DNA of 64,000 bases from Thermoplasmata archaeon (GCA_046540335.1 JBKHFH010000002.1:5287-69286); one strand, 5' to 3'; counted from the first letter of the stretch, positions 26,471 through 37,965 are shown. The notes: generated by a model not told the origin, from the letters alone. Numbers and translations: made by a program.

Positions 26471-29176
26471 CTAGATCCTCTCTCTTACTTCCCTCTCGAT
26501 CTGGCCTATGACCAATGGTATCAAACTCATCCCTATCACGAGCACCCAGCCGATAAGGCCAGGGTCTTCAGTTCGGAGAACGTGTGAGATGCCCGGAAGG
26601 TAAACGGCGGCGACAAGGATCAAAGTGCACAGTCCCAAAGCGCCCCAAACGTACTTGTTCTTGGTGACCTCGTTATTAAGCACGTCTGAAGTCAATTCAC
26701 GCATGTTGAAAACGTGCCAGAGCTGTGCAAAAGCCAACGTCAAGAACGATATAGTGACCACCTTGTTCTCGGACATATTCAGTGAGAGTATTTCACCCCC
26801 TAAACCCATGGATAATACCGTAGCGACGCCTATAACTGAGCCGTAAAATCCAAGTTCGTACCAATTGGTTCTTTTAAGAATCGGTTCTTCAGGGTCACGG
26901 GGTGGCTTATCCATGATATCCTCGCTTCCCCGACAGGCTCCCAACGCAAAAGCCGGGAAGACATCGTTGACAACGTTCAAAAACAGGATCTGGAGCGGAA
27001 GCAGAGGGAGTGGGAAACCGATTATAGATGCGAAGAGGATGGCTAACAACTCGCTTATATTGCAGGACATGAGGTAAACGACGAACTTTCTTATATTGTT
27101 GAATATCACTCTACCTTCTTCCACCGCCCTCTCGATCGTCGAAAAATTATCGTCCTGAAGTATCATATCAGCGGCTTCTTTCGCGACCTGCGTTCCTCTT
27201 TCTCCCATCGCTATGCCTATGTCCGCTTTCTTCAGTGCGGGTGCGTCGTTCACACCGTCTCCCGTCATGGCGACAATAGAACCGTTTTTCTGGTGTATCT
27301 CTATAAGGTCCAGCTTGTTCTCGGGATTGACACGAGCAAATATTGTCGCGTCGACAAAACGTTTGAACTGTTCATCGTCTAGACGGTCTGGAGTGTCCAA
27401 TTCCCTACCCTCTATGACCTCTACATCTTGAGACTCTATCAAATTTAGACTGTATCCGACGTTTTTGGCCGTAGCTGCATGATCGCCGGTGACCATCACG
27501 ACTCTGATACCCGCATCCTTACACTTCTTGATAGCAGGTTTCACTTTCTCACGGGGCGGATCCATCATACCGACCAGTCCCAGAAAAGTAAGATCCTCGT
27601 ATGGGTCTTCTTCAGTGCTCCCGACCTCTTTTTTAGCGAGCGCTAATATCCTCAGACCGTATTCGGCCATCCGCTCGTTCTTCTGCATCCATTTTTCCTT
27701 CTTCTCCGGTGTCAGTTCCTCCACACCCTCAGAGGTCATCACTTTGTCAGCTCTCTCAAGTACGTTCTCTGGAGCGCCTTTGACCGCTACCTTGTATCTC
27801 CCACTCTCTTGCTCGTGATAGGTAGCCATCATCTTGACTTCCGGATCGAAGGAGATCTCCTTGCTCTCCGGCATATATTCCAGGAGTTGTTCTCTCTCGA
27901 TCCCTCCCTTCATACCGGCTATCAGGAGCGAGACTTCAAGAGGATCGCCCATTATCTCTTTTTCATCATGATCATAACTTATCGAAGCGTTGTTGCAGAG
28001 CACGCCGACTTCCAGCGACTCTCTGAGTACGGGATCGTCCGGTCTGTTTTTCTCGACACCCTCACATACGAATTTCCCCTCGTTATCTAGACCCGTCCCG
28101 GTCACATCAACTGAGCGGTTTTCGGTTTCGTACTTGTTAACCGTCATCCGATTTTCCGTCAACGTTCCAGTTTTATCCGAACATATTATATTCGTTGATC
28201 CGAGGGTCTCGACCGATGACAGTCTACTCAGGAGAGCGTTATGCTTAGCCATCCTTAGCATACCTCTCGCCAGAACGAGAGTTGCCACGATAGGGAGACC
28301 TTCCGGTACGGTGGCGATAGCCAATGCTATCGCCGTCTTTATCATCAGAAGTGTATCCATACCCCGGATTATGCCCGAAACGGCCACTATCCCCGCGACC
28401 ACTACAAGCAGAGGTATGAGCTTCTGACCTAATTTATCGAGTTTTTTCTCCAGCGGAGTCGTTTCCTCTTCCGCCTCCTCTATAGATTCAGATATCTGAC
28501 CGAGCTCCGTATCGGTGCCTGTAGCGACGACCAGGCCTTCAGCGGTCCCACGGGTCAGATAAGTACCTTTGAAGAGCATGTTGTCCCTTTCAGCCAACGG
28601 CGCCTCTTTATCGACAGCTTCGATCGTCTTACCGACCGGTATAGATTCTCCCGTGAGTGCAGATTCATCGGCCTGCAGTTTCGACGTTTCGATCACTCTT
28701 AGGTCCGCCGGGACCATATCACCAGATTGTAACGTTACTATATCGCCAGGCACTAACTCGTTCGCGGGGATCTTTTTTACCTCACTGTCTCTCCGTACGT
28801 GGGTATCTATCCTTGTCATCTCATGGAGAGCTTCCATCGAACTTACGGCTCTCGCCTCGGTAACAAAACCGATTATAGAATTTGCGATCAGTACAGCAAA
28901 AATAGAGAGGCCTTCGATGAATTCTCCCATAAAAATAGATATTATGGCCGCACCGCCGAGAAGGATCACAAGGAAGCTTTTGAACTGCTCCACCAATATC
29001 TTCAAGCGGCTCTTCCTTTTGGTCTCTTTGAGCTTGTTTCTGCCGTACTTTTTTCGCCTCTTCTTGACCTCTTTCTCGTTGAGGCCTTCATCTTTAGAGA
29101 CTTGAAGCCGATATAGGGTTTCATCCGCAGATTTTCCCCAGGGCTTATCTATAGGTTGTTTTTCCTTAGAAGACAA
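26471..29176 (-). CDS. P-type IIA cation (Ca2+-type) ATPase
   Basis: TGES, PEGL, DKTGT, KGAPE, TGD and GDGVND motifs. Confidence 0.95.
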   Translation of the reverse strand: MSSKEKQPIDKPWGKSADETLYRLQVSKDEGLNEKEVKKRRKKYGRNKLKETKRKSRLKILVEQFKSFLVILLGGAAIISIFMGEFIEGLSIFAVLIANSIIGFVTEARAVSSMEALHEMTRIDTHVRRDSEVKKIPANELVPGDIVTLQSGDMVPADLRVIETSKLQADESALTGESIPVGKTIEAVDKEAPLAERDNMLFKGTYLTRGTAEGLVVATGTDTELGQISESIEEAEEETTPLEKKLDKLGQKLIPLLVVVAGIVAVSGIIRGMDTLLMIKTAIALAIATVPEGLPIVATLVLARGMLRMAKHNALLSRLSSVETLGSTNIICSDKTGTLTENRMTVNKYETENRSVDVTGTGLDNEGKFVCEGVEKNRPDDPVLRESLEVGVLCNNASISYDHDEKEIMGDPLEVSLLIAGMKGGIEREQLLEYMPESKEISFDPEVKMMATYHEQESGRYKVAVKGAPENVLERADKVMTSEGVEELTPEKKEKWMQKNERMAEYGLRILALAKKEVGSTEEDPYEDLTFLGLVGMMDPPREKVKPAIKKCKDAGIRVVMVTGDHAATAKNVGYSLNLIESQDVEVIEGRELDTPDRLDDEQFKRFVDATIFARVNPENKLDLIEIHQKNGSIVAMTGDGVNDAPALKKADIGIAMGERGTQVAKEAADMILQDDNFSTIERAVEEGRVIFNNIRKFVVYLMSCNISELLAILFASIIGFPLPLLPLQILFLNVVNDVFPAFALGACRGSEDIMDKPPRDPEEPILKRTNWYELGFYGSVIGVATVLSMGLGGEILSLNMSENKVVTISFLTLAFAQLWHVFNMRELTSDVLNNEVTKNKYVWGALGLCTLILVAAVYLPGISHVLRTEDPGLIGWVLVIGMSLIPLVIGQIEREVRERI

Positions 29177-29340
29177 AAACTTTGACCCCCGATGATCATC
29201 TAAGATCTCATAAGGTGTAGAATGGAATAGGAAAATTTTATAAAAATCTTTCTCTGATTTTGAAGATGACTACACATTAGAGGGATAAAAAAATATTTAA
29301 ACTAAATAGACGTTATATAGATACTTAATGGGAGTGTGAT

Positions 29341-29643
29341 ATGATAGCAGAAGAAGAAAAAACTGGTATTTTTAAGAAGATAAAGGGGAAGTTCAAAGAT
29401 AGACCTGTGCGCCCTTCATCTAAAGTCAAAAAATTCGTGGAAAACAATCTACCGCGGTACATCGACGAGTACAAGCTCGCGGATCGATCCGATCTCAACG
29501 GCATCGATAAAAAAGTAGAACGATTCATGGGAGAACTGGATGAATTGGATGGCTGGAAAAAAGACACTGAAAGACGGATTGAAGATGATAAAAGAAGGGT
29601 AGAGAGGCTAAAAAAGAGAGTCGGTATGAAGGAGAGCGGGTAA
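29341..29643 (+). CDS. Small coiled-coil protein (paralogue 1)
   Basis: GGGAGTG RBS; FVENNLPRYIDEYKL motif followed by heptads. Confidence 0.8.
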   Translation: MIAEEEKTGIFKKIKGKFKDRPVRPSSKVKKFVENNLPRYIDEYKLADRSDLNGIDKKVERFMGELDELDGWKKDTERRIEDDKRRVERLKKRVGMKESG

Positions 29644-29644
29644 G

Positions 29645-29983
29645 ATGATCGTTGAAGCCCTCTTCATCGCCATCCTAGCCGCGATAATCATCGCGTGGAT
29701 ATTCTTTCTCTACTCTATCGTATCGAGGAGAAAAGCGCTCAAAGAGGAGTACGGCGAGGTACCTACCCATACTGAACTGTATTTTGAGGAATACTTCGAG
29801 GATATCATGGAAGAGTGGGATCTCGTCACGGAGAAGGAAGCTCAAAAATGGGCTAGAGACATAGATGACAGAGTGACAGAAGTAGCGGGAACGATAGACC
29901 GATTGAACCAGACAAAGGATGAGATAGACCAGGACCTTGAAACGATAGAAGATAAGATAGAAGGATTTGAGGAGAGAGTATAA
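29645..29983 (+). CDS. Membrane-anchored small coiled-coil protein (paralogue 2)
   Basis: N-terminal TM; YFEEYFEDIMEEWDLVT motif followed by heptads. Confidence 0.8.
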   Translation: MIVEALFIAILAAIIIAWIFFLYSIVSRRKALKEEYGEVPTHTELYFEEYFEDIMEEWDLVTEKEAQKWARDIDDRVTEVAGTIDRLNQTKDEIDQDLETIEDKIEGFEERV

Positions 29984-30000
29984 GATGGAGGTATGATAAT

Positions 30001-30336
30001 ATGGGAATATTTGCAGATAGAGATGCGCGGGATGAGGAGACCTCAACCTTCTCAAGATTCAAAACGGGGATGATGCCAAAAAAAGCGGAGATAGAGGGGA
30101 CTGGCTATAAGAGAAGGGTGATCGACCGAAGGATAGAAAAACATCTTGATAGGCATTTCAATGATTACATAGAGAGATACGACCTGATAAGAGAACTTCA
30201 TCTCAGAGAGATAGAAGACGATCTAGAAAAATGCGAACCCAGAATTAAAGATGTTGATGAGTTCCAGAAAGACATAAAAGCCGAGATCGAAGAACTCGAG
30301 CGAGATCTAGAGAAGATCGAAGAAGAGGTGGGATGA
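30001..30336 (+). CDS. Small coiled-coil protein (paralogue 3)
   Basis: GGAGGT RBS; HLDRHFNDYIERYDL motif followed by heptads. Confidence 0.8.
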   Translation: MGIFADRDARDEETSTFSRFKTGMMPKKAEIEGTGYKRRVIDRRIEKHLDRHFNDYIERYDLIRELHLREIEDDLEKCEPRIKDVDEFQKDIKAEIEELERDLEKIEEEVG

Positions 30337-30340
30337 AAGC

Positions 30341-30838
30341 ATGAAGACGAAACTATACTCAGAGTTAAAAAAGTTGAAAGTGGACACCCCTACCGAGGGG
30401 AACGCCGGGAAGATCGTGGATATACTGGGTCAGAGATCAAAAAAATACTGGGATGCTAGGGAGGTCGAGATAAAAAGTGGGACCATCAAGAAGAAGAAAA
30501 ACTATTTCCAGGTGAGTGACCTGACGTATGTAGATGAAAAAAGGATATCACTGGGGAGGGGCATCGACCATGGGAACGATAGCCATTCCCGCGATATAGA
30601 TATAAGCCTATCAACGACTGAAGGAAAAAATTTGATGAACAGCGATGAAGAGAAAGTAGGCACGATCTATGACTACGAGATACAGATCGATTCACAACCT
30701 TGGAAAGTTTGGAATATCTTGGTGAAGCCTACCGGTATGTCACCTACGAAGAGGAGGATGAGGATATCTATAGATGATATCGAGGAGGTAGCACCGGACA
30801 AGGTTGTCCTCGTCGAGAGCTACGTAGAACCAGAATGA
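30341..30838 (+). CDS. Tandem PRC-barrel domain protein
   Basis: Two G..V...G...G.I.D-like repeats (VDTPTEGNAGKIVD; GKNLMNSDEEKVGTIYD). Confidence 0.65.
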   Translation: MKTKLYSELKKLKVDTPTEGNAGKIVDILGQRSKKYWDAREVEIKSGTIKKKKNYFQVSDLTYVDEKRISLGRGIDHGNDSHSRDIDISLSTTEGKNLMNSDEEKVGTIYDYEIQIDSQPWKVWNILVKPTGMSPTKRRMRISIDDIEEVAPDKVVLVESYVEPE

Positions 30839-31011
30839 GATGAAGAGCTAGGGATCAAAAACACTTCTTTTTATTTTCATCAAAGCTATCTTATCTATGT
30901 CCGATAAACCCTCTTTAGATACATCCATGATCGCAAATAGGTGATGATGTTTTAGGTCTTCTTTAGAAGGACAAAAAAAGATATACTATATTAACGTATG
31001 ACGATGATAAG

Positions 31012-32286
31012 ATGCTGCACCAGATATCTACACTCGACTTATTGTCTTTCATGCTTGCTCTCTCTATCGGTACGATAGTCGGGGTGGAGAGGTCTCTCCG
31101 GTCGGCGAAAGAAGATGAACTCAAGGGAGCAGGCATCAGGACCTTCGCTCTGGTCTGCATACTCGGGTTTTTCCTGGTACGTTTCTTCAAAGAGGAGGAA
31201 CTGATGCTTTTTAGCGCAGTATTTGTGTTCTCAGCTCTGTTCCTCTCGATACCTTTCCTCCGAACAAAGAAAGGTACTGCGGGATTGACGACCTCTACTG
31301 CTCTTATCGGTATCTTTCTGACGGGGATGATCTTCGGCTACCATCGGCCGGTCCTCGGAGTCGTAACCGGTCTTCTCCTTTTGGCTGTCACTTCGTCCAA
31401 GAAGGTGCTGCACCGCTTCGCCGATATATTATCCATTGAAGAATTGATGAGTGCTGTGCGCTTTTTGATCGTGGCGGGTATATTAGTACCGATAACGTAT
31501 TCCCTGGGTCCTATCCATCCTCTCATAGGTCCCGGCAGAGTTTTCGATCCTCTTCAAGGCCTGATGATGGTACTGTTCGTCTCAGGCATATCTTTCTTTA
31601 GTTATATCATCATGAAACTCTATGAAGCCAGTAAAGGCCTTCAGATATCCGCGTTCATAGGCGGATTCGTGAGTTCGGCAGCGGCTACCGCTTCTGCATC
31701 CCAGAAATGTGAAAAGATCGAAGGAGGTATCATATCTTCAGTCAAGAGCATATTTCTCTCAAACGTGTCGATGTTTATCAAGGACTACATAGTTATAGCG
31801 GCTGTAGGCGGTCTCGCTTTAGCGGTGGATTTCGTACTCCCTTTAGGGCTCCTTCTGATCATCAATTGCCTGTTCATCGTTTTCTTGAAGAAAGAAAAGA
31901 GTCGTGATGAAGAAACTGGGACTATCTCACTGGGAACACCCTTCGCGCTTAAGCCGGCTGTAAAGTTCGCTATCCTTTTCACCCTCATCTGGGTGTTGAG
32001 TTATTATCTGCAGACTTATCTGGGGGACTATGGCATCTATATGGTCTCGGTAGGAGGTCTGGTCTCGACCACTTCAGTTTCAGCTTCGATATCTTCACTT
32101 TATCTATCGGGGGATATAAACGCACTCACTTCATTATCGACGATGCTGTTGGCTTTCGCCTTCGGATCTTTCTCCAAAGTTCTGATAGCATGTACTTACA
32201 GCAGAGATCTTTCTAGAAAGCTCCTCATCCCTATGCTCATATTGAGCACCACATCATTTATATTGGTGTTTCTATTGAACCTATGA
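31012..32286 (+). CDS. MgtC/SapB-family membrane protein with a DUF4010-like domain
   Basis: GVER..AGIRTFAL, GLTTS, GGFVSSAAAT motifs. Confidence 0.85.
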   Translation: MLHQISTLDLLSFMLALSIGTIVGVERSLRSAKEDELKGAGIRTFALVCILGFFLVRFFKEEELMLFSAVFVFSALFLSIPFLRTKKGTAGLTTSTALIGIFLTGMIFGYHRPVLGVVTGLLLLAVTSSKKVLHRFADILSIEELMSAVRFLIVAGILVPITYSLGPIHPLIGPGRVFDPLQGLMMVLFVSGISFFSYIIMKLYEASKGLQISAFIGGFVSSAAATASASQKCEKIEGGIISSVKSIFLSNVSMFIKDYIVIAAVGGLALAVDFVLPLGLLLIINCLFIVFLKKEKSRDEETGTISLGTPFALKPAVKFAILFTLIWVLSYYLQTYLGDYGIYMVSVGGLVSTTSVSASISSLYLSGDINALTSLSTMLLAFAFGSFSKVLIACTYSRDLSRKLLIPMLILSTTSFILVFLLNL

Positions 32287-32332
32287 TGTGGCGGGAAAAT
32301 GACTAAATACCGCTCGTAAGGAGTGTTATTGG

Positions 32333-33862
32333 ATGATAAGTACAGGTATCATATACGCGCTTGTTCTCATCTTTGGATTCATCGGAGTAATGGCGGTTTT
32401 AGACAGATTCGATCTTCTGGAGCCGGTCGGGCTTGAACTCTCTGGTCCTTTTCTGATGTGGAAAACGAAGAAAGGAAGAGACTTGATAGAACGGATATCA
32501 AAAAAGAAGCGGTTCTGGGAGCTATACGGTAGTGTAGGGATAGTTATAGTTGCGATAGCGATGATAATCATCTTCCTGATGGTGATTTTCAACGCTTACG
32601 TCGCGACTTCCATACCTGCTGAACAGGCTCCTGAAGCCAACGAGATACTGGTCATCCCTGGAGTGAATCCGTTCATACCGATAGGCTATGGGATATTGAG
32701 TCTCGCGGTCGGGATAATAGTACATGAGTTCTCCCACGGTATCCTTTCCAGAGTGGCCGATGTGGATATCAAATCTCTCGGTCTTATCTTTTTGGTGGTT
32801 CCTCTGGGAGCTTTCGTGGAACCCGACGAAGACCAGCTTGAGGGAGCTGAAAGGCTCAAGAGAGATAGGATGTACGCTGCGGGAGCTACATCGAATATCG
32901 TACTCGCCTTGGTTATTGTTCTAATATTTTCTATGGTCTTCATGGGATCAGTATCGGTGAAGGAAGAGGGACCCATGATCACAGCGACAGGCGTGAACAC
33001 GCCTGCCGATGAAGCCGAGATCCAGACCTACGAACAGATACGTGAGATCGACGGTAAGGAGATATTAAAGCCCTCGGAGATCCTTTCGATAGATATAGAA
33101 CCTCTTAAAAGGGTAGAGGTGAAGACCCTGAGAGGTGATGAAACACGCACTTACAACTTGACAGCCGGTCTCGTCATAAATGGAGTCGCCAAGGATTCTC
33201 CCGCGGACCGCGCCGGTCTGAAAGCAGGAGACATCTTCTATCAGATCGATAACGAAAAGATAAGGAACAGAGATGATTTCACCGAGGCTTTGGATGGAAA
33301 AAGCGACGATGTGCAGCTTAAGATATCATATTTCAGGAAAGATGACTCGGATTACGCTCGGGAGAACAATAGCCTTAATCTGAAAGACGGATTGATGGGT
33401 GTCAATCTTGGTTATTTCGGCGTGGTGACCCAGGAAGCGGACTGGATCATCCAACTCCTGTCTAGGCCTCTGTCCGGAGCTGAAAACGGAGCAGAAGCCC
33501 TACAGAACGCGGCCGGATACATATCTCTACCTTTACTTGGACTGTCTCCCCTGCCAGAACAGATAGCGGAGCAGTACGAGGTGAATGGACCTCTATCTAT
33601 GTTGCCCACCAGTTCGTTCTGGGTCTTGGCGAATTCACTTTACTGGATTTTCTGGTTGAATATATTGCTCGGTCTTTTCAACGCACTGCCCGCGGTACCT
33701 CTTGACGGAGGACATCTAATCAACGATTGGATGGAAGGACTGTCGGAGAGGCTAGGGCTGAATGAAGAAACTGGAAAAAAATTATCGTCCAGCGTGACTT
33801 ATGCACTCGCTTTACTCGTCCTGTTCTTACTGATGTGGTCCATGATAGGCCCTAGGATTTGA
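32333..33862 (+). CDS. Site-2 protease (M50) with PDZ domains
   Basis: HEFSHG, GAFVEP, NALPAVPLDGG; SPADRAGLKAGD PDZ motif. Confidence 0.93.
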   Translation: MISTGIIYALVLIFGFIGVMAVLDRFDLLEPVGLELSGPFLMWKTKKGRDLIERISKKKRFWELYGSVGIVIVAIAMIIIFLMVIFNAYVATSIPAEQAPEANEILVIPGVNPFIPIGYGILSLAVGIIVHEFSHGILSRVADVDIKSLGLIFLVVPLGAFVEPDEDQLEGAERLKRDRMYAAGATSNIVLALVIVLIFSMVFMGSVSVKEEGPMITATGVNTPADEAEIQTYEQIREIDGKEILKPSEILSIDIEPLKRVEVKTLRGDETRTYNLTAGLVINGVAKDSPADRAGLKAGDIFYQIDNEKIRNRDDFTEALDGKSDDVQLKISYFRKDDSDYARENNSLNLKDGLMGVNLGYFGVVTQEADWIIQLLSRPLSGAENGAEALQNAAGYISLPLLGLSPLPEQIAEQYEVNGPLSMLPTSSFWVLANSLYWIFWLNILLGLFNALPAVPLDGGHLINDWMEGLSERLGLNEETGKKLSSSVTYALALLVLFLLMWSMIGPRI

Positions 33863-33904
33863 TCTCCGAAATCTTTTATCCTTCGAATGCGCTTGGGTGT
33901 CAAT

Positions 33905-35308
33905 ATGTTACAATTTGAAGATGTGGCGGTCATAGATAGGAATGCCGAATACAGGGGAGTCGATCCCGAAGAGTTGATGGAGAACGCCGGAAAAAGACTG
34001 GCGGAAGTCATAATGGATAAATTTTCTGAAATGCCCGTCCTTTTCGTTTGTGGGACCGGTAACAACGGCGGAGACGCCTACGTGGCTGCTAGATATCTGA
34101 AAGAGGAATGGGATACTGACATAGATGTCTATCTTGTGAAACGCAGCGAGGACATCAGGAGCGATATCGCGAGGAAGAACTTTGAAGGATTCGGGGGAAA
34201 GGTCCTAGAAGATTTGGATTGGTCTGATATCGACAGGAACACGATCATAGTGGACGCGATGCTGGGAACAGGGATCAAAGGCGATATCAGAGAACCCTAT
34301 CGGTCTGCGATAGAAGATATGAACGAACTCAGGAATCCAATCGTTTCAGTGGATGTACCCAGCGGTTTCGGATCGGATATCATGGTCCATCCAAAGCTTA
34401 CCGTGACTTTTCACGATATCAAAGAAGGTATGACCATGGAGAACTCTGGAAAGATAGAGATAAGAGATATAGGGATACCCGAGAAAGCTTTAGATCACAC
34501 TGGTCCCGGCGAGATGCTCCTTTATCCAAGAGCTCGAGAGGACTCCCACAAAGGCGAGAACGGTAGACTGCTGATAGTAGGAGGAGGTCCATACACTGGC
34601 GCTCCAGCTCTTGCAGGCAAAGCCGCATACAGGACCGGTATCGATCTTGTACATCTCGCGGTGCCTTCTTCCGTTTCAGATACCATTTCCGGATATTCTA
34701 TGGATTTTCTGGTGCATCCTTTGGAAGGCGAGATCCTGACGGAGGAACACATGGGAAAGATACTGTCGATCTCCGAAGAATGCGATTCTGTTATAATCGG
34801 ACCCGGTTTGGGTGATGACGAGGAGAGTTTGCAGGCGGTGAAGGAACTGATCGAAGAGATCGATGTTCCGATGGTGGTAGATGCCGATGCGCTGAAGGCC
34901 TTTGACGGGGAGATCAAGTCAGGTAGAGATTTGGTCCTCGCACCCCACCGTGGAGAGTTCAACCAGCTTATCGGCGAACGAGTGGAAGAGATGGAGGAAA
35001 AAGCCGACGAGTTCGCAGAGAAAAATTCGATCGTTCTCGTGGTGAAAGGAGAAACGGACTACATAACCGATGGAGAGGAACACAGATGGAACGATTTCGG
35101 AAACGAGGGGATGACAGTGGGCGGTACAGGAGATACCTTATCAGGAGTGATAGGAGCCCTGCTGGGCAAAGGAGCGGAACCTTTCAACGCCGGAAGGATA
35201 GGGGCCTACATGACCTGCAAAGCAGGAGATAAGGCCTTTGAAGAGTTTAAATGGGGGCTCTTACCGCAAGACATAATAGAGAGACTGCCTGAACTCTTCA
35301 GTGATTGA
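33905..35308 (+). CDS. nnr: Bifunctional NAD(P)H-hydrate epimerase/dehydratase
   Basis: LMENAG, GNNGGD, DAMLGTG, SHKGENG, GPGLG, GGTGDTLSG motifs. Confidence 0.93.
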   Translation: MLQFEDVAVIDRNAEYRGVDPEELMENAGKRLAEVIMDKFSEMPVLFVCGTGNNGGDAYVAARYLKEEWDTDIDVYLVKRSEDIRSDIARKNFEGFGGKVLEDLDWSDIDRNTIIVDAMLGTGIKGDIREPYRSAIEDMNELRNPIVSVDVPSGFGSDIMVHPKLTVTFHDIKEGMTMENSGKIEIRDIGIPEKALDHTGPGEMLLYPRAREDSHKGENGRLLIVGGGPYTGAPALAGKAAYRTGIDLVHLAVPSSVSDTISGYSMDFLVHPLEGEILTEEHMGKILSISEECDSVIIGPGLGDDEESLQAVKELIEEIDVPMVVDADALKAFDGEIKSGRDLVLAPHRGEFNQLIGERVEEMEEKADEFAEKNSIVLVVKGETDYITDGEEHRWNDFGNEGMTVGGTGDTLSGVIGALLGKGAEPFNAGRIGAYMTCKAGDKAFEEFKWGLLPQDIIERLPELFSD

Positions 35309-35386
35309 CTCTTTCCAAAGTTCCTCCTCATGACTAATTTTTTATACTTTTTTCTTCTATAGCTCAACTGTTGAATATAGGTGTTT

Positions 35387-37048
35387 ATGATGGTAGATAT
35401 AAAAGCTCCTCGAGGGACTGAATTGACCTGTAAAGGCTGGAAACAGGAAGCGATGCTGAGACAGTTGAAGAACAATCTTGAGAATGCGGAAGATCCCGAT
35501 GATCTGATAGTGTATGGGGGTTCCGGGAAGGCTGCTAGGAACTGGGAGTGTTACGAACAGATAGTCGAAAGTTTGAAGGAGTTGGAGAACGACGAGACGT
35601 TACTCGTACAAAGCGGTAAACCGGTCGGTATTTTTCAGACTCATGAAAGATCACCTAGAGTTTTGATAGCGAATTCAAACCTCGTACCTAAATGGTCCAA
35701 TTGGGATAAATTCTACGAGCTCGAAGATCTGGGGCTGATGATGTACGGTCAGATGACAGCGGGGAGCTGGTGCTATATCGGTACGCAGGGCATAATACAG
35801 GGTACTTACGAGACCTTCGCCGCCGCTGGACGAAAACATTACGACGGAGACCTGCAAGGTAAGTTCTGCTTGAGCGGCGGCCTAGGAGGTATGGGAGGTG
35901 CTCAACCTCTAGCGATAAAGATGAACGGCGGTGTCGCTCTTGTGGTTGAGATAAATCCAGATAGAGCAGAAAAGAGATTGGATGCAGGTTACTGCGATGT
36001 CGTTCTCGAAGATCTAGATGGAGCGTTAGAGGTCTGCGAGAACGCGAAAGAGGAGGGTAAAGCGAAAGCCGTGGGATTGATCGGTAATACCGCCGAGACC
36101 CACCCTGAGATACTGGATAGGGGCGTGATACCTGATATGGTCACCGATCAGACAAGCGCCCATGATGCGATGGCTTACTTCCCGAAGGGGATGAGTTATG
36201 AAGAGGCTCTCGATCTCAAAGAGTCCGACCCTGAAGAGTACAAAGAGAGAAGTATGGAGTCGATGAAACTTCACTGCAAAACGATGGTCAAAATGCAGGA
36301 AAAAGGTGCGATAGCTTTCGATTACGGCAACAATCTGAGAGGACAGGCCTACGAAGCAGGCTTTGAGAACGCTTTCGCCTATCCGGGTTTCGTCCCTGCC
36401 TACATAAGACCGATGTTCTGCGAAGGCAGAGGTCCATTCAGATGGATGGCTCTTTCGGGCGATCCTCAAGATATTTTGAAGACCGACGAAGTTGTGAAGG
36501 AATTGTTCCCTGATAACGAGCAGCTGGTGAATTGGATCGATCTCGCAGAAGAGAACCTACCATGGGAAGGTCTTCCCGCTAGAGTGTGCTGGCTCGGCTA
36601 CGGCGAGAGAGAGCGGTTCGCTAAAAGGATAAACGAGATGGTAAAGAGCGGAGAGTTGAAAGCGCCCATATCTATATCGAGAGATCATCTCGATACCGGA
36701 AGCGTCGCGAGTCCGAACAGGGAGACGGAGAAGATGAAGGACGACAGTGACGCGGTGGCTGATTGGCCTCTCTTGAACGCTCTTCTTAACACGAGCGCGG
36801 GAGCGGACAGCATATCGATACACAACGGAGGGGGAGTCGGTATAGGACTTTCCACCCACGCAGGGATGGTCGTCGTTGCCGACGGTACCAAAGGATCTGA
36901 AGAAAATATAGAGAGAGTGTTCAAGACAGATCCTGGTATAGGTATAGTGAGGCACGCCGACGCCGGTTATAAGAAGGCCAGAGAATTCGGTCTGAAGAAC
37001 GATATCAGGATGCCGATGATAGAAAGGCAGAGGAGAGAAGAAGAGTAA
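35387..37048 (+). CDS. hutU: Urocanate hydratase
   Basis: [42 protein letters not shown] motifs. Confidence 0.97.
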   Translation: MMVDIKAPRGTELTCKGWKQEAMLRQLKNNLENAEDPDDLIVYGGSGKAARNWECYEQIVESLKELENDETLLVQSGKPVGIFQTHERSPRVLIANSNLVPKWSNWDKFYELEDLGLMMYGQMTAGSWCYIGTQGIIQGTYETFAAAGRKHYDGDLQGKFCLSGGLGGMGGAQPLAIKMNGGVALVVEINPDRAEKRLDAGYCDVVLEDLDGALEVCENAKEEGKAKAVGLIGNTAETHPEILDRGVIPDMVTDQTSAHDAMAYFPKGMSYEEALDLKESDPEEYKERSMESMKLHCKTMVKMQEKGAIAFDYGNNLRGQAYEAGFENAFAYPGFVPAYIRPMFCEGRGPFRWMALSGDPQDILKTDEVVKELFPDNEQLVNWIDLAEENLPWEGLPARVCWLGYGERERFAKRINEMVKSGELKAPISISRDHLDTGSVASPNRETEKMKDDSDAVADWPLLNALLNTSAGADSISIHNGGGVGIGLSTHAGMVVVADGTKGSEENIERVFKTDPGIGIVRHADAGYKKAREFGLKNDIRMPMIERQRREEE

Positions 37049-37070
37049 ATAATGTAGGAGTTTTATTGAT

Positions 37071-37961
37071 ATGACGGATATGGACGAGGAATTCACTGTT
37101 CACGAGATCAGTAAAGAGGATAAAGAAGAAGTCCTAGAATTGACCGAAGATATATGGGAGGGACACGATTACATCCCCGATCTGATCGACGGATGGATCG
37201 AAGAAGGCGGCTTCATCAGCGGGAAAGTGAAAGGTAAGATCGTCGCTGTCGCTAAACACACCGAACAGAGCGAAGGAGTTTACTGGTTGGAAGGTTTGAG
37301 AGTCCATCCCGAACATCAGGGTAAAGGTTACGGAAGAAACATGATCGAGGGGCAGATAGATCTCCTCGAAGAAAAAGGCTACGAAACTCTGCGTTTCCTG
37401 ACCAGTCAGGATAAAGAGCCGGTTAAGAAAGTGGTCTCAGAGAGAGGTTTCAAGGTAAAACAGTCCTATCACTATCTCAAACTAGACGCTGAAGAATTGG
37501 CCGAGAAAAGGGGAGAGATAGAGAGTTACAGAGAGAATCTTGAAGGGGTTGAACTTGAAAAGAGTGCGGAAAAAGTCAAAGATTTCGTTTTTTCCTCTAA
37601 AGAATATGAAGAGTATATGGGGGAGTATCTAGCGGGCTGGACCTGCAAAAGGATTGACGAGACATTGCTGGAAGAAGAAGTGGAGAAGGGCAACTGTTTC
37701 AGCATACGTAAAGATGGAAAGATCGACTCCCTTGCATTTCACTATCATTACGAACCCTTTGCATCCTTGAGTATAGCTTTCATATCGGGCTCCAAAGAAG
37801 GCGCATCTCGCCTGATCGATCACGGACTGGTGAAGAGTATAGAAAACCATCACGTTAGATATACCATTAAAACCGCTTCGGACAGGATAGCTTCTATAGC
37901 TGAAGAAAGAGGTATCGGGAGATCGGAGCACGAGAAGGTGCTGCTTTTCGAGAAGAGATGA
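37071..37961 (+). CDS. GNAT-family N-acetyltransferase
   Basis: WEGHDYIP; WLEGLRVHPEHQGKGYG motif A. Confidence 0.85.
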   Translation: MTDMDEEFTVHEISKEDKEEVLELTEDIWEGHDYIPDLIDGWIEEGGFISGKVKGKIVAVAKHTEQSEGVYWLEGLRVHPEHQGKGYGRNMIEGQIDLLEEKGYETLRFLTSQDKEPVKKVVSERGFKVKQSYHYLKLDAEELAEKRGEIESYRENLEGVELEKSAEKVKDFVFSSKEYEEYMGEYLAGWTCKRIDETLLEEEVEKGNCFSIRKDGKIDSLAFHYHYEPFASLSIAFISGSKEGASRLIDHGLVKSIENHHVRYTIKTASDRIASIAEERGIGRSEHEKVLLFEKR

Positions 37962-37965
37962 CGAG

